Shown here one piece after another: positions 17,272 through 27,693 of a stretch of DNA of 38,518 bases. Source of the DNA: an uncultured Thermoprotei archaeon (GTDB lineage Archaea > Thermoproteota > Thermoprotei > Thermofilales > B15-G2). The stretch lies in contig CBDUKN010000023.1 of the NCBI GenBank assembly GCA_965367815.1, positions 1 to 38,518 on the forward strand, read 5' to 3'. The notes under the pieces were generated by a model. That model saw only the letters and a list, made by a program, of their open reading frames with translations. It was not told where the DNA came from and ran no database searches. A program made the translations under genes and the position numbers. Numbering within the stretch: the stretch's first letter is position 1; each line of letters begins with the position of its first letter.

Positions 17272-19119
17272 GTGTATCAGAGTATGTGTAGTATCAAAGA
17301 ATATATCTGTAGTAGTACCTCGGAGGATAGAGAGTACTCTACCTTAAGGCAGCTTAAATCACGCAGTATCCTATTTTCTGCTGTGAAGTCGAAAAATCTA
17401 AAAAATGTCTTAGCACTAGCACTACTACTGCTACTAGCCGTAGGTCTAGCTCGACAAGTACTGTCTGAGGGTATTTCAGGAACTGTTACAGGATATCTTG
17501 TTGACAAAAATGGAGAGCCTATAGTAGGCGCTAGAGTAGAAGCCTGGCAAGGAAGCCTCTTGATAACTACTACTGAAACAGATTCAGTAGGCCACTTTAT
17601 GCTCGAACTAGACGCTGGCACATATACGCTTAAATTTCTGAAGAAAGGCTATGAAACTAAAACAGTCAGTGTCAAAGTATCTGCTCGCGAAATAAATAGT
17701 CTAGGAACTATTACTTTGGGATACGCTGTACAGCTAACTGTAGTATACAAGCACATTAAAGTAGCTCCAGGAAGCACTGTCACTATTCCTGTGCAACTAG
17801 AAAATAAAGGAGAGTACTCTGAAGAAGCATCCATAGAAATAGAAGGGCCTTCAGTGTGGTCGTACAAACTCTGTTCAAGTGGAGTAGAAGTAAAGTCTAT
17901 TACACTGCAGCCTGGAGCCAAGCTGACTCTAAACCTGGAGCTTAAAGTAGGTCTTGAAACAGGCGTCTATACAGTAAACATTAGTGTAGCAGAGTCTGAA
18001 GGCTATAACTATACTCAAAGCATAGTAGTTGAAGTTTCTCTCGAAGGAGTAAACGTACTCGAAGCACTAAATGTCTTCATGGAAGCTAGGCCTGGCAACA
18101 TAGTCTCATACAGCTTTAAATTAACTAACCCGTTTTCAGTCGGCATAATCTACAATTTAACAGTAATTAAGGACGTAGACTGGACTACAATACTTAAAGC
18201 GGAAGGAGTTGAAGTCTCCCAAGTATACTTGAAGCCCGAGTCTAGTATACAGCTTACACTTGAAATCTATGTACCGTACACTGTTCCTGAAGGAGACTAC
18301 AAGTTTGTAGTAAAAGCTGTAAGCGAAGTAGCAAGCGGCTATGCAGAAGTATCTCTTCGAGTTAAAAAAGGTGTTCCAATACTGTTTCTGGAAACAAGCA
18401 CACCTAGCATTGATGCTGCTTCAGGAGACACAGCCGTATACTCTATTAAAGTAAGTAATAAGGGTACTAGAGATGCTGAAATAAACTTCACTATAGTAGG
18501 TCTACCCGAGGAATTTAAGTGGTCTATTAAAGACGCTCAAGGCAATACTATTTCAAGAATATTCCTTAAGGCAGGAGGATCGAGTACTATTAGGCTCGCT
18601 ATTAAAGTGCCCCCCGGCTACAAGCCACAGTACATAGCTTTCACATTTAAAGCTCTAGCAGACAATAGCACAGCTGAACTAAAACTAGGACTAAATGTGT
18701 TAGGGAAATATGAGATCGACTACTATACCGAAAACTTCTACATAGAAGGATATGTTGGAGACACACTCACTTTCGGCCTCGAAGTAGTCAATACAGGTTA
18801 TAATGACTTAACCGAAGTGAAAGTAGTCTTAATTAAAGTCCCACAAGACTTTAATGTAACAGTAGAGCCGGACGTAGTCAGTGTACTTAAGCCCGGAGAA
18901 AAAACAATATTTACTATTAAAATCGAGACTCCTTCTGACGCTAACGCAGGAGACTACTACGTTTTCCTGAAAGCAGTCTCGAATGAAGACGAGGCTCCTC
19001 AAGTAAGCCTCCACATATTCTTGAAACAGAGGACAGAAACTACTTTACTAGCTGTAGCTGCTGTGGCTGCTGTTGTAGTCGCTTTGATTATTGTTTACTG
19101 GAAGTATGGTAGGAGGTGA
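17272..19119 (+). CDS. COG1470-like NEW3-repeat surface protein with carboxypeptidase-regulatory-like domain and C-terminal TM anchor
   Basis: GYLVDKNGEPIVGARV..GTYTLKF..GY; four Ig-like repeats (LENKG, LTNP, VSNKG, VVNTG..AGDY); C-terminal TM + YGRR; true start probably later (GTG near 17383). Confidence 0.85.
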   Translation: MYQSMCSIKEYICSSTSEDREYSTLRQLKSRSILFSAVKSKNLKNVLALALLLLLAVGLARQVLSEGISGTVTGYLVDKNGEPIVGARVEAWQGSLLITTTETDSVGHFMLELDAGTYTLKFLKKGYETKTVSVKVSAREINSLGTITLGYAVQLTVVYKHIKVAPGSTVTIPVQLENKGEYSEEASIEIEGPSVWSYKLCSSGVEVKSITLQPGAKLTLNLELKVGLETGVYTVNISVAESEGYNYTQSIVVEVSLEGVNVLEALNVFMEARPGNIVSYSFKLTNPFSVGIIYNLTVIKDVDWTTILKAEGVEVSQVYLKPESSIQLTLEIYVPYTVPEGDYKFVVKAVSEVASGYAEVSLRVKKGVPILFLETSTPSIDAASGDTAVYSIKVSNKGTRDAEINFTIVGLPEEFKWSIKDAQGNTISRIFLKAGGSSTIRLAIKVPPGYKPQYIAFTFKALADNSTAELKLGLNVLGKYEIDYYTENFYIEGYVGDTLTFGLEVVNTGYNDLTEVKVVLIKVPQDFNVTVEPDVVSVLKPGEKTIFTIKIETPSDANAGDYYVFLKAVSNEDEAPQVSLHIFLKQRTETTLLAVAAVAAVVVALIIVYWKYGRR

Positions 19120-19123
19120 AATT

Positions 19124-20050
19124 ATGGAGCTTGTTATTGAAACAAAAAATTTGACGAAAATATATGAAAAGAAAGTAGTAGCAGTAGATGGAGTAAACCT
19201 TAAAGTACCTAAGGGAGCCATAGCAGGCCTAATAGGGCACAACGGAGCAGGAAAAACAACACTAATATCGATGCTAACAGGCTTAATACTGCCTACAAAG
19301 GGCTCAGGTAAAGTACTAGGCTATGATATTATTAAAGAGAGTCTTGAAATAAGGAAGAGAGTGGGGCTTTTACCTGAAGGCTTCGGCTTTTATGACCACT
19401 TGACAGCCTACCAGAACTTAAAGTATATTGCCGAGCTCAACAGTATTGACCGCAAAGAAGCTGACAAGAGAATAATCGAAGTCTTAAAGACGGTGGGACT
19501 TGAGAAACACAAAGACTCTAAAGTAAAAGGCTTTTCAAGAGGAATGAAGCAGAGACTCGGTATAGCTCAAGCACTGCTTAAAGACCCTCAGCTACTAATA
19601 CTAGACGAGCCTACTGTCGGAATAGACCCTGAAGGAGCAATAGGCTTTAGAATACTCATGCGAAAGCTAGTCGAAGAAGGTAGAACAGTAATACTAAGCA
19701 CACATCTCCTACACGAGCTAGGAGATATCTGCGACTACATTATAGTAATGAAGCAGGGCAAGCTATTAGCCCAAGGATACGTCAAAGACCTCCAGAGAGA
19801 ATACGAAGAGAAAAAAGGCTATGTCTACGAAATACGTGTAAGAAAGGGCGCTGAGAAGCTATACCAGGAAGTCAAGGAGCTTGGAGAAGCAGTGCTCAAA
19901 GACAATGTTATAACAGTTAAGTGTAGCCGCGACACAGTAGAAGACCTTAATTCAGTTTTCAAGAAAACTGAGGGAGTTGTTTTAGAGGAATTCAAGGTAG
20001 TTAAGCCTTCTCTCGAAAACCTGTTCCTCTACTACTATTATGAGAGGTGA
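19124..20050 (+). CDS. ABC transporter ATP-binding protein (exporter type)
   Basis: GHNGAGKTT, FSRGMKQR, LILDEPT, STH; SD AGGAGGTGA before ATG 19124. Confidence 0.95.
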   Translation: MELVIETKNLTKIYEKKVVAVDGVNLKVPKGAIAGLIGHNGAGKTTLISMLTGLILPTKGSGKVLGYDIIKESLEIRKRVGLLPEGFGFYDHLTAYQNLKYIAELNSIDRKEADKRIIEVLKTVGLEKHKDSKVKGFSRGMKQRLGIAQALLKDPQLLILDEPTVGIDPEGAIGFRILMRKLVEEGRTVILSTHLLHELGDICDYIIVMKQGKLLAQGYVKDLQREYEEKKGYVYEIRVRKGAEKLYQEVKELGEAVLKDNVITVKCSRDTVEDLNSVFKKTEGVVLEEFKVVKPSLENLFLYYYYER

Positions 20051-20054
20051 TAGT

Positions 20055-20942
20055 ATGGGGTTTAAAGTAGTTTTAAAGAAAGAGCTCAAAGACATGTTAA
20101 TGAGCAAAAGGTTCATAATCCTCATAGCAATATTCATACTATTCTATGTAGCAGGCTTCTATTTCCTAGTAACCATAGGCTTGCCGCAGATAAGAAGACC
20201 AATAGTATTTCTCCTAAGAAACTACAATTCTATACTAGGGCTTATAGCACCTATACTCGGAATAGCTTTTGGCTACGACGCTATTTCAGGAGAAAGAGAA
20301 AGAGGAACACTGCGCATTATACTAGCTCAGCCTATATACAGAGACTCAGTTATCTTAGGAAAACTCCTAGCATTCTTCTTACTGACAGCTACAAGCCTCT
20401 ACGCGGCAACATTTATTTCACTCGGAATATTTGTCGCAGGCTTCGGTGGAGCACTTACTCTAGACGACATTGCCAGAGCCTCGATAATAACCCTAGCGGC
20501 AGTACTGCTGTCGCTAGTATATTACTCAATATCGCTGCTATTCTCAGTTTTCTCTAGAAAGTCTTCACACAGCGCACTACTGGCGATAGCTGTCTGGATA
20601 ATAATGGCTATAGTACTCCCGCTAGTAGCCACGATGGTAGCATTTTCGATAGCAGGACCCCCGCCACGCATATCTGGTACACAGAGAGGAGCAGCAGCTT
20701 TCAGAGAATGGTCTAAGAAATTTAACCAAGTGAGAGAAAGCATTATGAGAATTTCGCCAGACACCTACTTTGGCAAAGTAGCTAACACACTGCTAAGAGA
20801 AATCTCTATTGCAGGAAGAAAAACAGTATCACTTACTGACGCACTGTACTCAGTTGCTCCGAGCTTCGCTGTACTAACGATAGTGCCTCTAATACTGCTA
20901 ATAGCGAGCTTCACAATATTCGTTAGACAAGAAGAAAAGTAG
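20055..20942 (+). CDS. ABC-2 type permease (NosY/COG1277-like)
   Basis: GYDAISGERERGTLRIILAQPIYR..GK motif, about 6 TMs; SD GAGGTGA before ATG 20055. Confidence 0.93.
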   Translation: MGFKVVLKKELKDMLMSKRFIILIAIFILFYVAGFYFLVTIGLPQIRRPIVFLLRNYNSILGLIAPILGIAFGYDAISGERERGTLRIILAQPIYRDSVILGKLLAFFLLTATSLYAATFISLGIFVAGFGGALTLDDIARASIITLAAVLLSLVYYSISLLFSVFSRKSSHSALLAIAVWIIMAIVLPLVATMVAFSIAGPPPRISGTQRGAAAFREWSKKFNQVRESIMRISPDTYFGKVANTLLREISIAGRKTVSLTDALYSVAPSFAVLTIVPLILLIASFTIFVRQEEK

Positions 20943-21040
20943 ACTTCCGCTTAAATACAAAATAATTTTTTATAGCTTTTTGCAGAACTGTGTACTCTAG
21001 ATTCATTAAAAACATATTTAACTCCAATTAATGTTAGCTG

Positions 21041-24000
21041 ATGAAGAAATACATCCTTATTCTAGCAGTTGTCATTATTTTAGCTTTATGTATAGTAGCT
21101 GTAATTCTAGTAAAAAGACCTCGTGAAATTTCCAAAAAACCTTCTGAAGTAGTTTTCGCTGAAAGAAAAGTAATAAACCTCAACAGAGACTGGTACTACG
21201 TAGTTTTCAAGGGAAGCAGTTTTCCAGAGAAACCTCCTTCAAGCGGATGGAAGAAAATAGACATCCCTTACTTGATCTACAGTCAGGGCTACCGAGGAGC
21301 CTGGTTTAAGAAAAACATTTACTCGCCTAAACTCGAAGGCGAAAGAAGAATACTTCTCGTATTCTATGGAGTAAAATACAAGTGCAGAATATACATCAAC
21401 GGAAAGCTCGTCTACGAACACTGCGATGGCTTTACTCCATTTACAGTAGATATAACAGACTACGTTAAGTGGAATACTGAAAACGAAGTACTTGCCTGTG
21501 TACTAGACTGGACTAGTGCTCTAGTCAAGAAAGTCAATTTAAGTAATCTCAAACACGACGAGAGACCTGTCGATAGAGCAGTAGACGCCATAACTTATCC
21601 AATTGGCTCAAAATACTACCACTTCGGAATATGGGATGACGTAGAGCTATGGATTGTTCCTGCAGTGTGGGTAAAAGATGTGTACATTAAAACATTCTAC
21701 AGAAACTCTACAATAGCAGTCGAAGTTATTACAAGAAACGACTACAGCAAAGACCTTCAGGTAACAGTCTTGAATAAAGTGCTTGATAAAGGTAAAGAGG
21801 TACTAGGGCTTCCTGCGAAACAAGTGCTAGTTAAAGCCGGAGGAGAAGCAAAAATCGTTGTCTGGAGTAAGTGGAAGAACCCTAAGCTGTGGGCGCCCTG
21901 GAGCCCTTATCTCTACAACTTATCAACAATTATACTTGTTGACGGAAAGAAGACGGATGTGAAAACAACGCGCTTCGGGTTCCGCGAGTTTTGGGTAGAA
22001 GACGGCTCATACTACTTCAATGGAGTCAAAATAGTGCTCAGAATGGCTTCAACACATCTACTCGGCTACACTAGAGAAAAGGCTCTAGAGACATACATGC
22101 TCCTCAAAAATCTCTCAGTTAACGCGATGAGGCTACACGCTCAGCCCTGGCCCAGAATATGGTACGATTTAGCGGACGAAATGGGGATAATGATTGTCCA
22201 CGAGAGCGCTGTATGGTGCTTAGGCAAGTGCTACCGCGTAGAAGACCCCGTTTTCTGGCAAAACTTCGCCGAGCACCTAAAGGGCCAAGTACTTCTACAT
22301 AGGAACCACCCCTCAATAGTTATATGGAGTATTGAAAACGAGCTACTGCTTACAGGCGGGTACCGTAGCCCGGAGACAGCAAAACAGCTAGCTAAGCTAG
22401 CGGCGCTAGTCAAGTTGCTTGACCCTACGCGCCCAGTAATGTTTGAAGGAGACTTTGATCCTCTAGGAGCAGCCGACATAATAAATCTTCACTATCCACA
22501 CGAGTTCCCTAAACACGACCAGTACCCGAATACAGCCTACTGGCTCGAGAACACTACTATGCTCGATAGCTACCCTAGGATACCTTGGAAGTGGAATAGA
22601 ACAAAGCCTCTGCATATAGGTGAGTTCCTATGGGTACCTTTTACTTCCTACGACGTACCAGCAGCTTTCTTCGGAGACATTGTCTATACAGATCCCGAGC
22701 GCTACTACATTGAAGCAAAAGCCTACGCCTGGAGCTTCCAAATAGCAGCCTACAGAATAATGAGAGTAAGCGGCTTCTGTCCATGGAATATTTTCGAGTC
22801 AAGGTACTCTCAGATACTCCGCAAAGTAGTAGCAGAAACATATAAGCCGATAACAGTTTTCCAGCTAAACTACGACAACTCCTTCTACGAAGAAGCAACC
22901 ATACAGAGAAAACTAGCAGTCGTAAACGACCACTACAAGTCAGTCAAACTGAAACTAGGGTGTATTCTACACTACAGAAATACTTCAACTAAAGTACTCT
23001 CCAATGAAATTTCTCTGAATCCAGCTGAAGTAGCTTTCGTAGACTTCACCCTAGCGCTACCTAAAGCAGAGAAACTGAAAGAAAAAGCAGTACTGCAAAT
23101 AATACTGCTGAATGGAAGCGAAGAAATTTTCAATAAAAACACTACGCTTTACATCTACTCTAAGGGAATTAAATGCAGTGAAAACACTACAATATATCTG
23201 CTCGGCGAAGACCAGGCTACAGAAACTGCTCTAAAAGAACTAGGAGCAAACATAGTTAAAAACAAGATTCCGGAAAAAGGTCTAGTAATAGTAGCTAGAA
23301 ATTCTCTCACTACAGTAGACTGGAGCAAACTACTGGATTTCGCCGAAAAAGGAGGAATAGTGCTCGTACTAGAGCAAGACAGTATTCCACCTAACCCACT
23401 TGGAGTAAAACTAGCCGACCACTATTCAACTATAACAATACCCATTACGCTGGACCATCCGCTTTTCGCAAACATGACCATAGAAGACCTCAGGTTCTGG
23501 CGAAGAGACCACATAGTCTCTTACAGAGACCTGGCTATTCCTGCTCTATGGCCTACTTTCAGCTTAGTGAGCTCAGGTGTAGGTCTACATTACTCTCAGC
23601 TCCTCGAAGTAAGGTGCGGCAAAGGAGCATTTGTTTTCAGCCAGCTCACTCTAGTAGCTAAGTTCAGCGAAGAGCCTAGAGCAAGACTACTTCTAGCCAG
23701 ACTAATAGACTATTACTCAAGCTACAAGCCTCCTTACGCTAAAACAGGAGTCTACTACAAGTCACTCGAGCTAGCCGCTATACTAGACTCTATGGGAGCA
23801 GACTTCAGCATAGTCGACGCCAGTAACTTAAGCAAATACGACGTAGTCTTAGTAACGGCAAGCACAGTTAATGAAAAAGACATCGAGTATTTCAGAAAAT
23901 TCTGCGAAAAAGGCGGAGTACTCTACCTATATCATGTCGACAGCGAGTCTATAGGCTTACTAGAGAAGCTCACAGGACTAAACTTTAGATATCTTCAGGG

Positions 24001-25117
24001 ATATCCTCCAGTAGTTTTCGTAAAAGATTCTTTAGTCAAGCTAATGGGAAACAACCTACTTTACTGGACTCAAAGCGAGAAAATGTGGAGACACGGCCCC
24101 TATGTTCTAGACGAATCTGTTACAGAGGGAATATTAATAGAGGAAGTAAAGCCATATAATTTAACTAAAATAAGCCTACTTAAATTTAAAGCAAGCAACA
24201 AGGAAGTAGTATCTATCAAAGAAAACACAATAGCATTATACAGCAACAGCTATATTTCAACAGTATTGCATGTCAATGAATCAGGTTTCTACGCTATATC
24301 AATTGGCGCTAGAGGAACACTTGTCCAAGGAGTCTACCCAGTAATGGAAATATGGATGAATAGAAGCAGAATATGGTCTACTTACGTAAGCCGTCGAGCC
24401 TACTATACTTACGTAACGTACTTAAGTAAAGGAACATATGTTTTGTCAATAGCCTTCATTAACGACGCGTGGATACCGGGTAAAGAAGACCGGAACCTCT
24501 ATATCTATGAAGTAGCTTTCGGCAAAATAAAAGAGCTCAGAATAAAGCCTCTAACAAATCCCTATGTTCTAACACAAATACCTTTAGGTAAAGGCTACGT
24601 CATAGTAGACCAAGTACCTTGGCTCAAAATAGTTTCAAGTAGAATTAAGTTAAACTACTTTAAAGCACTAAAATACTCGTACTTACTCTTATCGTCTCTA
24701 GGAGTACCTTTTAGAGCCTCTTCAGTAATACTGCTAGAACCAAAAGACTTTACTTTAAGAAAAGGAGTAGGCAGTATATCTAGCTGGCAAGTAGCGCTCT
24801 ACAGCAACGGCTATGTGTCAGCGACACTAAAAATTGTCGAAGAAGGCTACTACACTATCGGTATTTTAGCTAAAGGAACTAAGACAAAAGGAGAGTACCC
24901 CGTAGCTCAAATATACCTCAACAGCACTCTACTAGGCGAAATAAAAGTAAACAGCAGCTATTGGCAAGAATACCGTTTATTAACATATATCAAAAGGGGA
25001 GTATATGAGCTAAAGATCTTTTTCATAAACGATTACTGGAATCCGCCTAAAGAAGACCGAAACCTCTATGTATCACTAGTAGTTGTAAGAAAAGTCGGCG
25101 AACCTCACTCTTTCTGA
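21041..25117 (+). CDS. Membrane-anchored GH2 glycosidase with two GATase-like domains and two CBM60-like modules
   Basis: N-terminal anchor; H.DGFTPF..DIT, GIWDDV, LW.PWSPYLY, FGFR, NHPSIVIWSIENE (acid/base), HIGEF (nucleophile); two FIND..W.P.KEDRNLY motifs. Confidence 0.92.
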   Translation: MKKYILILAVVIILALCIVAVILVKRPREISKKPSEVVFAERKVINLNRDWYYVVFKGSSFPEKPPSSGWKKIDIPYLIYSQGYRGAWFKKNIYSPKLEGERRILLVFYGVKYKCRIYINGKLVYEHCDGFTPFTVDITDYVKWNTENEVLACVLDWTSALVKKVNLSNLKHDERPVDRAVDAITYPIGSKYYHFGIWDDVELWIVPAVWVKDVYIKTFYRNSTIAVEVITRNDYSKDLQVTVLNKVLDKGKEVLGLPAKQVLVKAGGEAKIVVWSKWKNPKLWAPWSPYLYNLSTIILVDGKKTDVKTTRFGFREFWVEDGSYYFNGVKIVLRMASTHLLGYTREKALETYMLLKNLSVNAMRLHAQPWPRIWYDLADEMGIMIVHESAVWCLGKCYRVEDPVFWQNFAEHLKGQVLLHRNHPSIVIWSIENELLLTGGYRSPETAKQLAKLAALVKLLDPTRPVMFEGDFDPLGAADIINLHYPHEFPKHDQYPNTAYWLENTTMLDSYPRIPWKWNRTKPLHIGEFLWVPFTSYDVPAAFFGDIVYTDPERYYIEAKAYAWSFQIAAYRIMRVSGFCPWNIFESRYSQILRKVVAETYKPITVFQLNYDNSFYEEATIQRKLAVVNDHYKSVKLKLGCILHYRNTSTKVLSNEISLNPAEVAFVDFTLALPKAEKLKEKAVLQIILLNGSEEIFNKNTTLYIYSKGIKCSENTTIYLLGEDQATETALKELGANIVKNKIPEKGLVIVARNSLTTVDWSKLLDFAEKGGIVLVLEQDSIPPNPLGVKLADHYSTITIPITLDHPLFANMTIEDLRFWRRDHIVSYRDLAIPALWPTFSLVSSGVGLHYSQLLEVRCGKGAFVFSQLTLVAKFSEEPRARLLLARLIDYYSSYKPPYAKTGVYYKSLELAAILDSMGADFSIVDASNLSKYDVVLVTASTVNEKDIEYFRKFCEKGGVLYLYHVDSESIGLLEKLTGLNFRYLQGYPPVVFVKDSLVKLMGNNLLYWTQSEKMWRHGPYVLDESVTEGILIEEVKPYNLTKISLLKFKASNKEVVSIKENTIALYSNSYISTVLHVNESGFYAISIGARGTLVQGVYPVMEIWMNRSRIWSTYVSRRAYYTYVTYLSKGTYVLSIAFINDAWIPGKEDRNLYIYEVAFGKIKELRIKPLTNPYVLTQIPLGKGYVIVDQVPWLKIVSSRIKLNYFKALKYSYLLLSSLGVPFRASSVILLEPKDFTLRKGVGSISSWQVALYSNGYVSATLKIVEEGYYTIGILAKGTKTKGEYPVAQIYLNSTLLGEIKVNSSYWQEYRLLTYIKRGVYELKIFFINDYWNPPKEDRNLYVSLVVVRKVGEPHSF
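24230..25090 (+). repeat. Internal duplication of a CBM60-like module (~24230-24520 and ~24790-25090)
   Basis: ALYSN.Y.S..L...E.G.Y.I.I.A.GT...G.YPV..I..N....T Y...G.Y.L.I.FIND.W.P.KEDRNLY occurs twice. Confidence 0.85.
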
Positions 25118-25122
25118 AATAT

Positions 25123-27553
25123 TTACGAGTCTAAGAACTTTTTGTATAGCAGTAGCGCGAAGGCTTCTGATGCCTTAATTATGCTGTACGAGAAGCCGTT
25201 TAGTTCGAGGAATCTTTCACCATACTTTATAGCTACTGCTCCCGATACAGATGGGTCTCCTCCAGTATCATCATAAAACACGTAGATTCGGTCAGACGAG
25301 AAATCATAAAGCCTCTGCGCTCTAACAACGACGTCTGATGAGAGTAATGGAGGATTTTCTGCTTCAACAAACGTGTTAGCTGCTTCTCTACCTGGTGTCG
25401 TGAGCACGCAGTCTACTTGTAGGAAGAAGCTTCCGGTAGTGTCTCCTGTACCCCAGCCCGGTACACCAGTATAGTGAACATTTACGACGTAGTAGAACGG
25501 GTATCCGACAATACTGACCCATATCCATCCTTTAGTGCGAATATTGTAGACTATTCTAGCGAAGTAGCCGGCCCACCGCGGCCTATATGGGTCGTTTGCT
25601 TTATCGTTTTCAAGCCAGAAACTTCTCCAGTTACTTGTGTCGGCTCTCCAGGAGAGCTCCCACGTGTTGTCTTTCCTCTTATACAGCTCCACGTAGTTCA
25701 CTAAATAAGATGCGTCTCTGCCGGAGACGCCCCAGGCGCCGAGCACTATATAGCCTATCGACGAGTACAGTTTATCGGAGAGCTCGTAGGCCTCGGCGAC
25801 AAGCTGACCTCCCTTATATACTCTAACGACACCGTAGGCTTTTCCTCCAATAGACGGGCAGACTTCTAGTTCTACGCGGTACCACGTAAAGTACTTTACC
25901 TCGTCTCTAATAGCCTTTGTACTGAATCCTGTCGAAGTACCCCAAACGAACAAGAAGTCGGGGTTAGGCTGAGAATCTACACTAACTCTTGTTTCAAGAG
26001 TAAAGACTCGTTTAGTTGTATCAGCTACATCATGGCCCTGGAGACTGATAAACTCCTACCGAGAACCACGCTTCCGAGAGAACAGCGTGCTCATACACTA
26101 TTTTGAATCCCTGAAGGTACTGAGAAACATCGATTTCCTTGTAGAGAGTATAGCTGGCGGGATTAACACTAGCCAAGTATAATTCAATAGAGCTGCTGCC
26201 AGGCCATATTCTCCAGTTGGGTCCACTGTCTCCCACGTAGCTGTCAGGTATGGGTACTGCTTCACCATGAGCATTAACTACGATACACTTCTCTGGAGGA
26301 CTATTTGTCAGGTTTTCTAAATCACTGTAGCTTGAAATGAGAACGACATTAGGTGTGTACAGTGAAGCAAACCATGTAGCGCTTTCAGCTACATGGTCTT
26401 TATCGACCCAGTGTTCGTGCGTATTTTCGAGTGCAAGTACGTAAACATAGGGTGGAGTCTTGAATATTTTATGCGGCTTAACTGCCCTGTAGTAGAAGTA
26501 CATGTAAGCAACAGTTATAGCCGCTACTCTAGCAGCTTGATCAGAACTATAGTCGAGCGAAAAACCATTTACTATAAGAAAACAGTTGCCTATTCTATAA
26601 GCCGCTGAACCATAGTATGTTTTTCCATCCTTAGTGAAACTATAGAAAATAGCTGCAGGCGCAGTACCCGTAATCCACCTACATGCTCTCGGAGTCTCGG
26701 CTTTACTCCATACACTTATTTCAAGAAGCCGTGAAGCCTCTACACCTGTTTCAGTCAAGTATGTCTCGTATACTTCATCACTAGCACTCCAGAAATCCGC
26801 GCTAGCTCCCACGACACTCAAAACAGTATTTACTCCCTGAGAACCAACAGTAACAATTGTTCCCGAAGACTCATTGAAGTAGTAGAAAAACGGGTAACCT
26901 TTAACACTAACCCAAATCCAGCCTCTATCTCTAATATCTTCGCCTATTTGAGTAAAGTATTCTTCCCAGCTAGACCACGTAGCGGGCATAGGCACGAGTT
27001 CTCCGTGAGCATTAACAACGATAGCTTTAGGAGGAGGATTCCTTATAAGTCAGTCAAGCTTATCCCAAGTATCGATTACCTCAACGTAAGCATATTTCTC
27101 AAAATAGTACCTTATTAACTCAGGGTCAGACCACCAACCCGGAACACCTTGGTTACTCAAATCAATTATATACACTTTCAAGTGAGGAGCTTTCTTCAGA
27201 GTATCAGAAGAAACAGCTATAGCACTTACAGTGCTACCAGTGAGTTAAGAGAGTACTATAACAACACCGAGAGAAGACTCAAGATAAGCAGAAGAAAGAT
27301 TCGCGGGCCGAGAACCAATATTCCTGACATAAATTTTGAAAATAAAACAGTCTTTAAAATTAACTACAGAAAACCCCTCTACTTTAAGCACTTGGCCAAA
27401 TCCCTCCATAGTTCTATGAGGATGACTTCGAGTAATATATCTTTGAGTAAAAATAAATAGCACTATAGAAGCAAGCACAGCCAAGATAATAAGAATTATA
27501 GAAGCTAATATAGGCAAATCTCCTCTACGAGACTTACACTTAATAAGCTTCAT
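25123..27553 (-). pseudogene. Interrupted large archaeal pilin-like gene (class III signal peptide, two GATase-like repeats, lectin-like insert)
   Basis: KSRRG/DLPILASIILI N-terminus; 27553->26030 is one frame with stops at 27245-47 (TAA) and 27050-52 (TGA); +1 shift near 26032-26057 joins ORF 25123-25953; NAHGE.VP.P and GWIWVS..GYPF.Y each occur twice. Confidence 0.75.
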
Positions 27554-27693
27554 GGCGTTTTTCTAGTACTTTTACCCTTAATAACCATTTCTCTATTTAA
27601 CTAGCCAAAAATACGCCGATATATCAGCAGAATATCTTCAAGACCATATAAATAGCTACTTCATTTATCTTGCTTATTTAAATGAATAAAGTC

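Noticed and set aside
27050-27247. Stop-codon recoding (Sec/Pyl or alternative code) in the pilin-like gene
   Set aside because: The stops are mixed (TAA and TGA), a frameshift is also present, TGA sits at a likely Trp position, and intact genes use all three stops normally
27149-27460. 103-aa + strand ORF
   Set aside because: Antisense to the pilin-like gene
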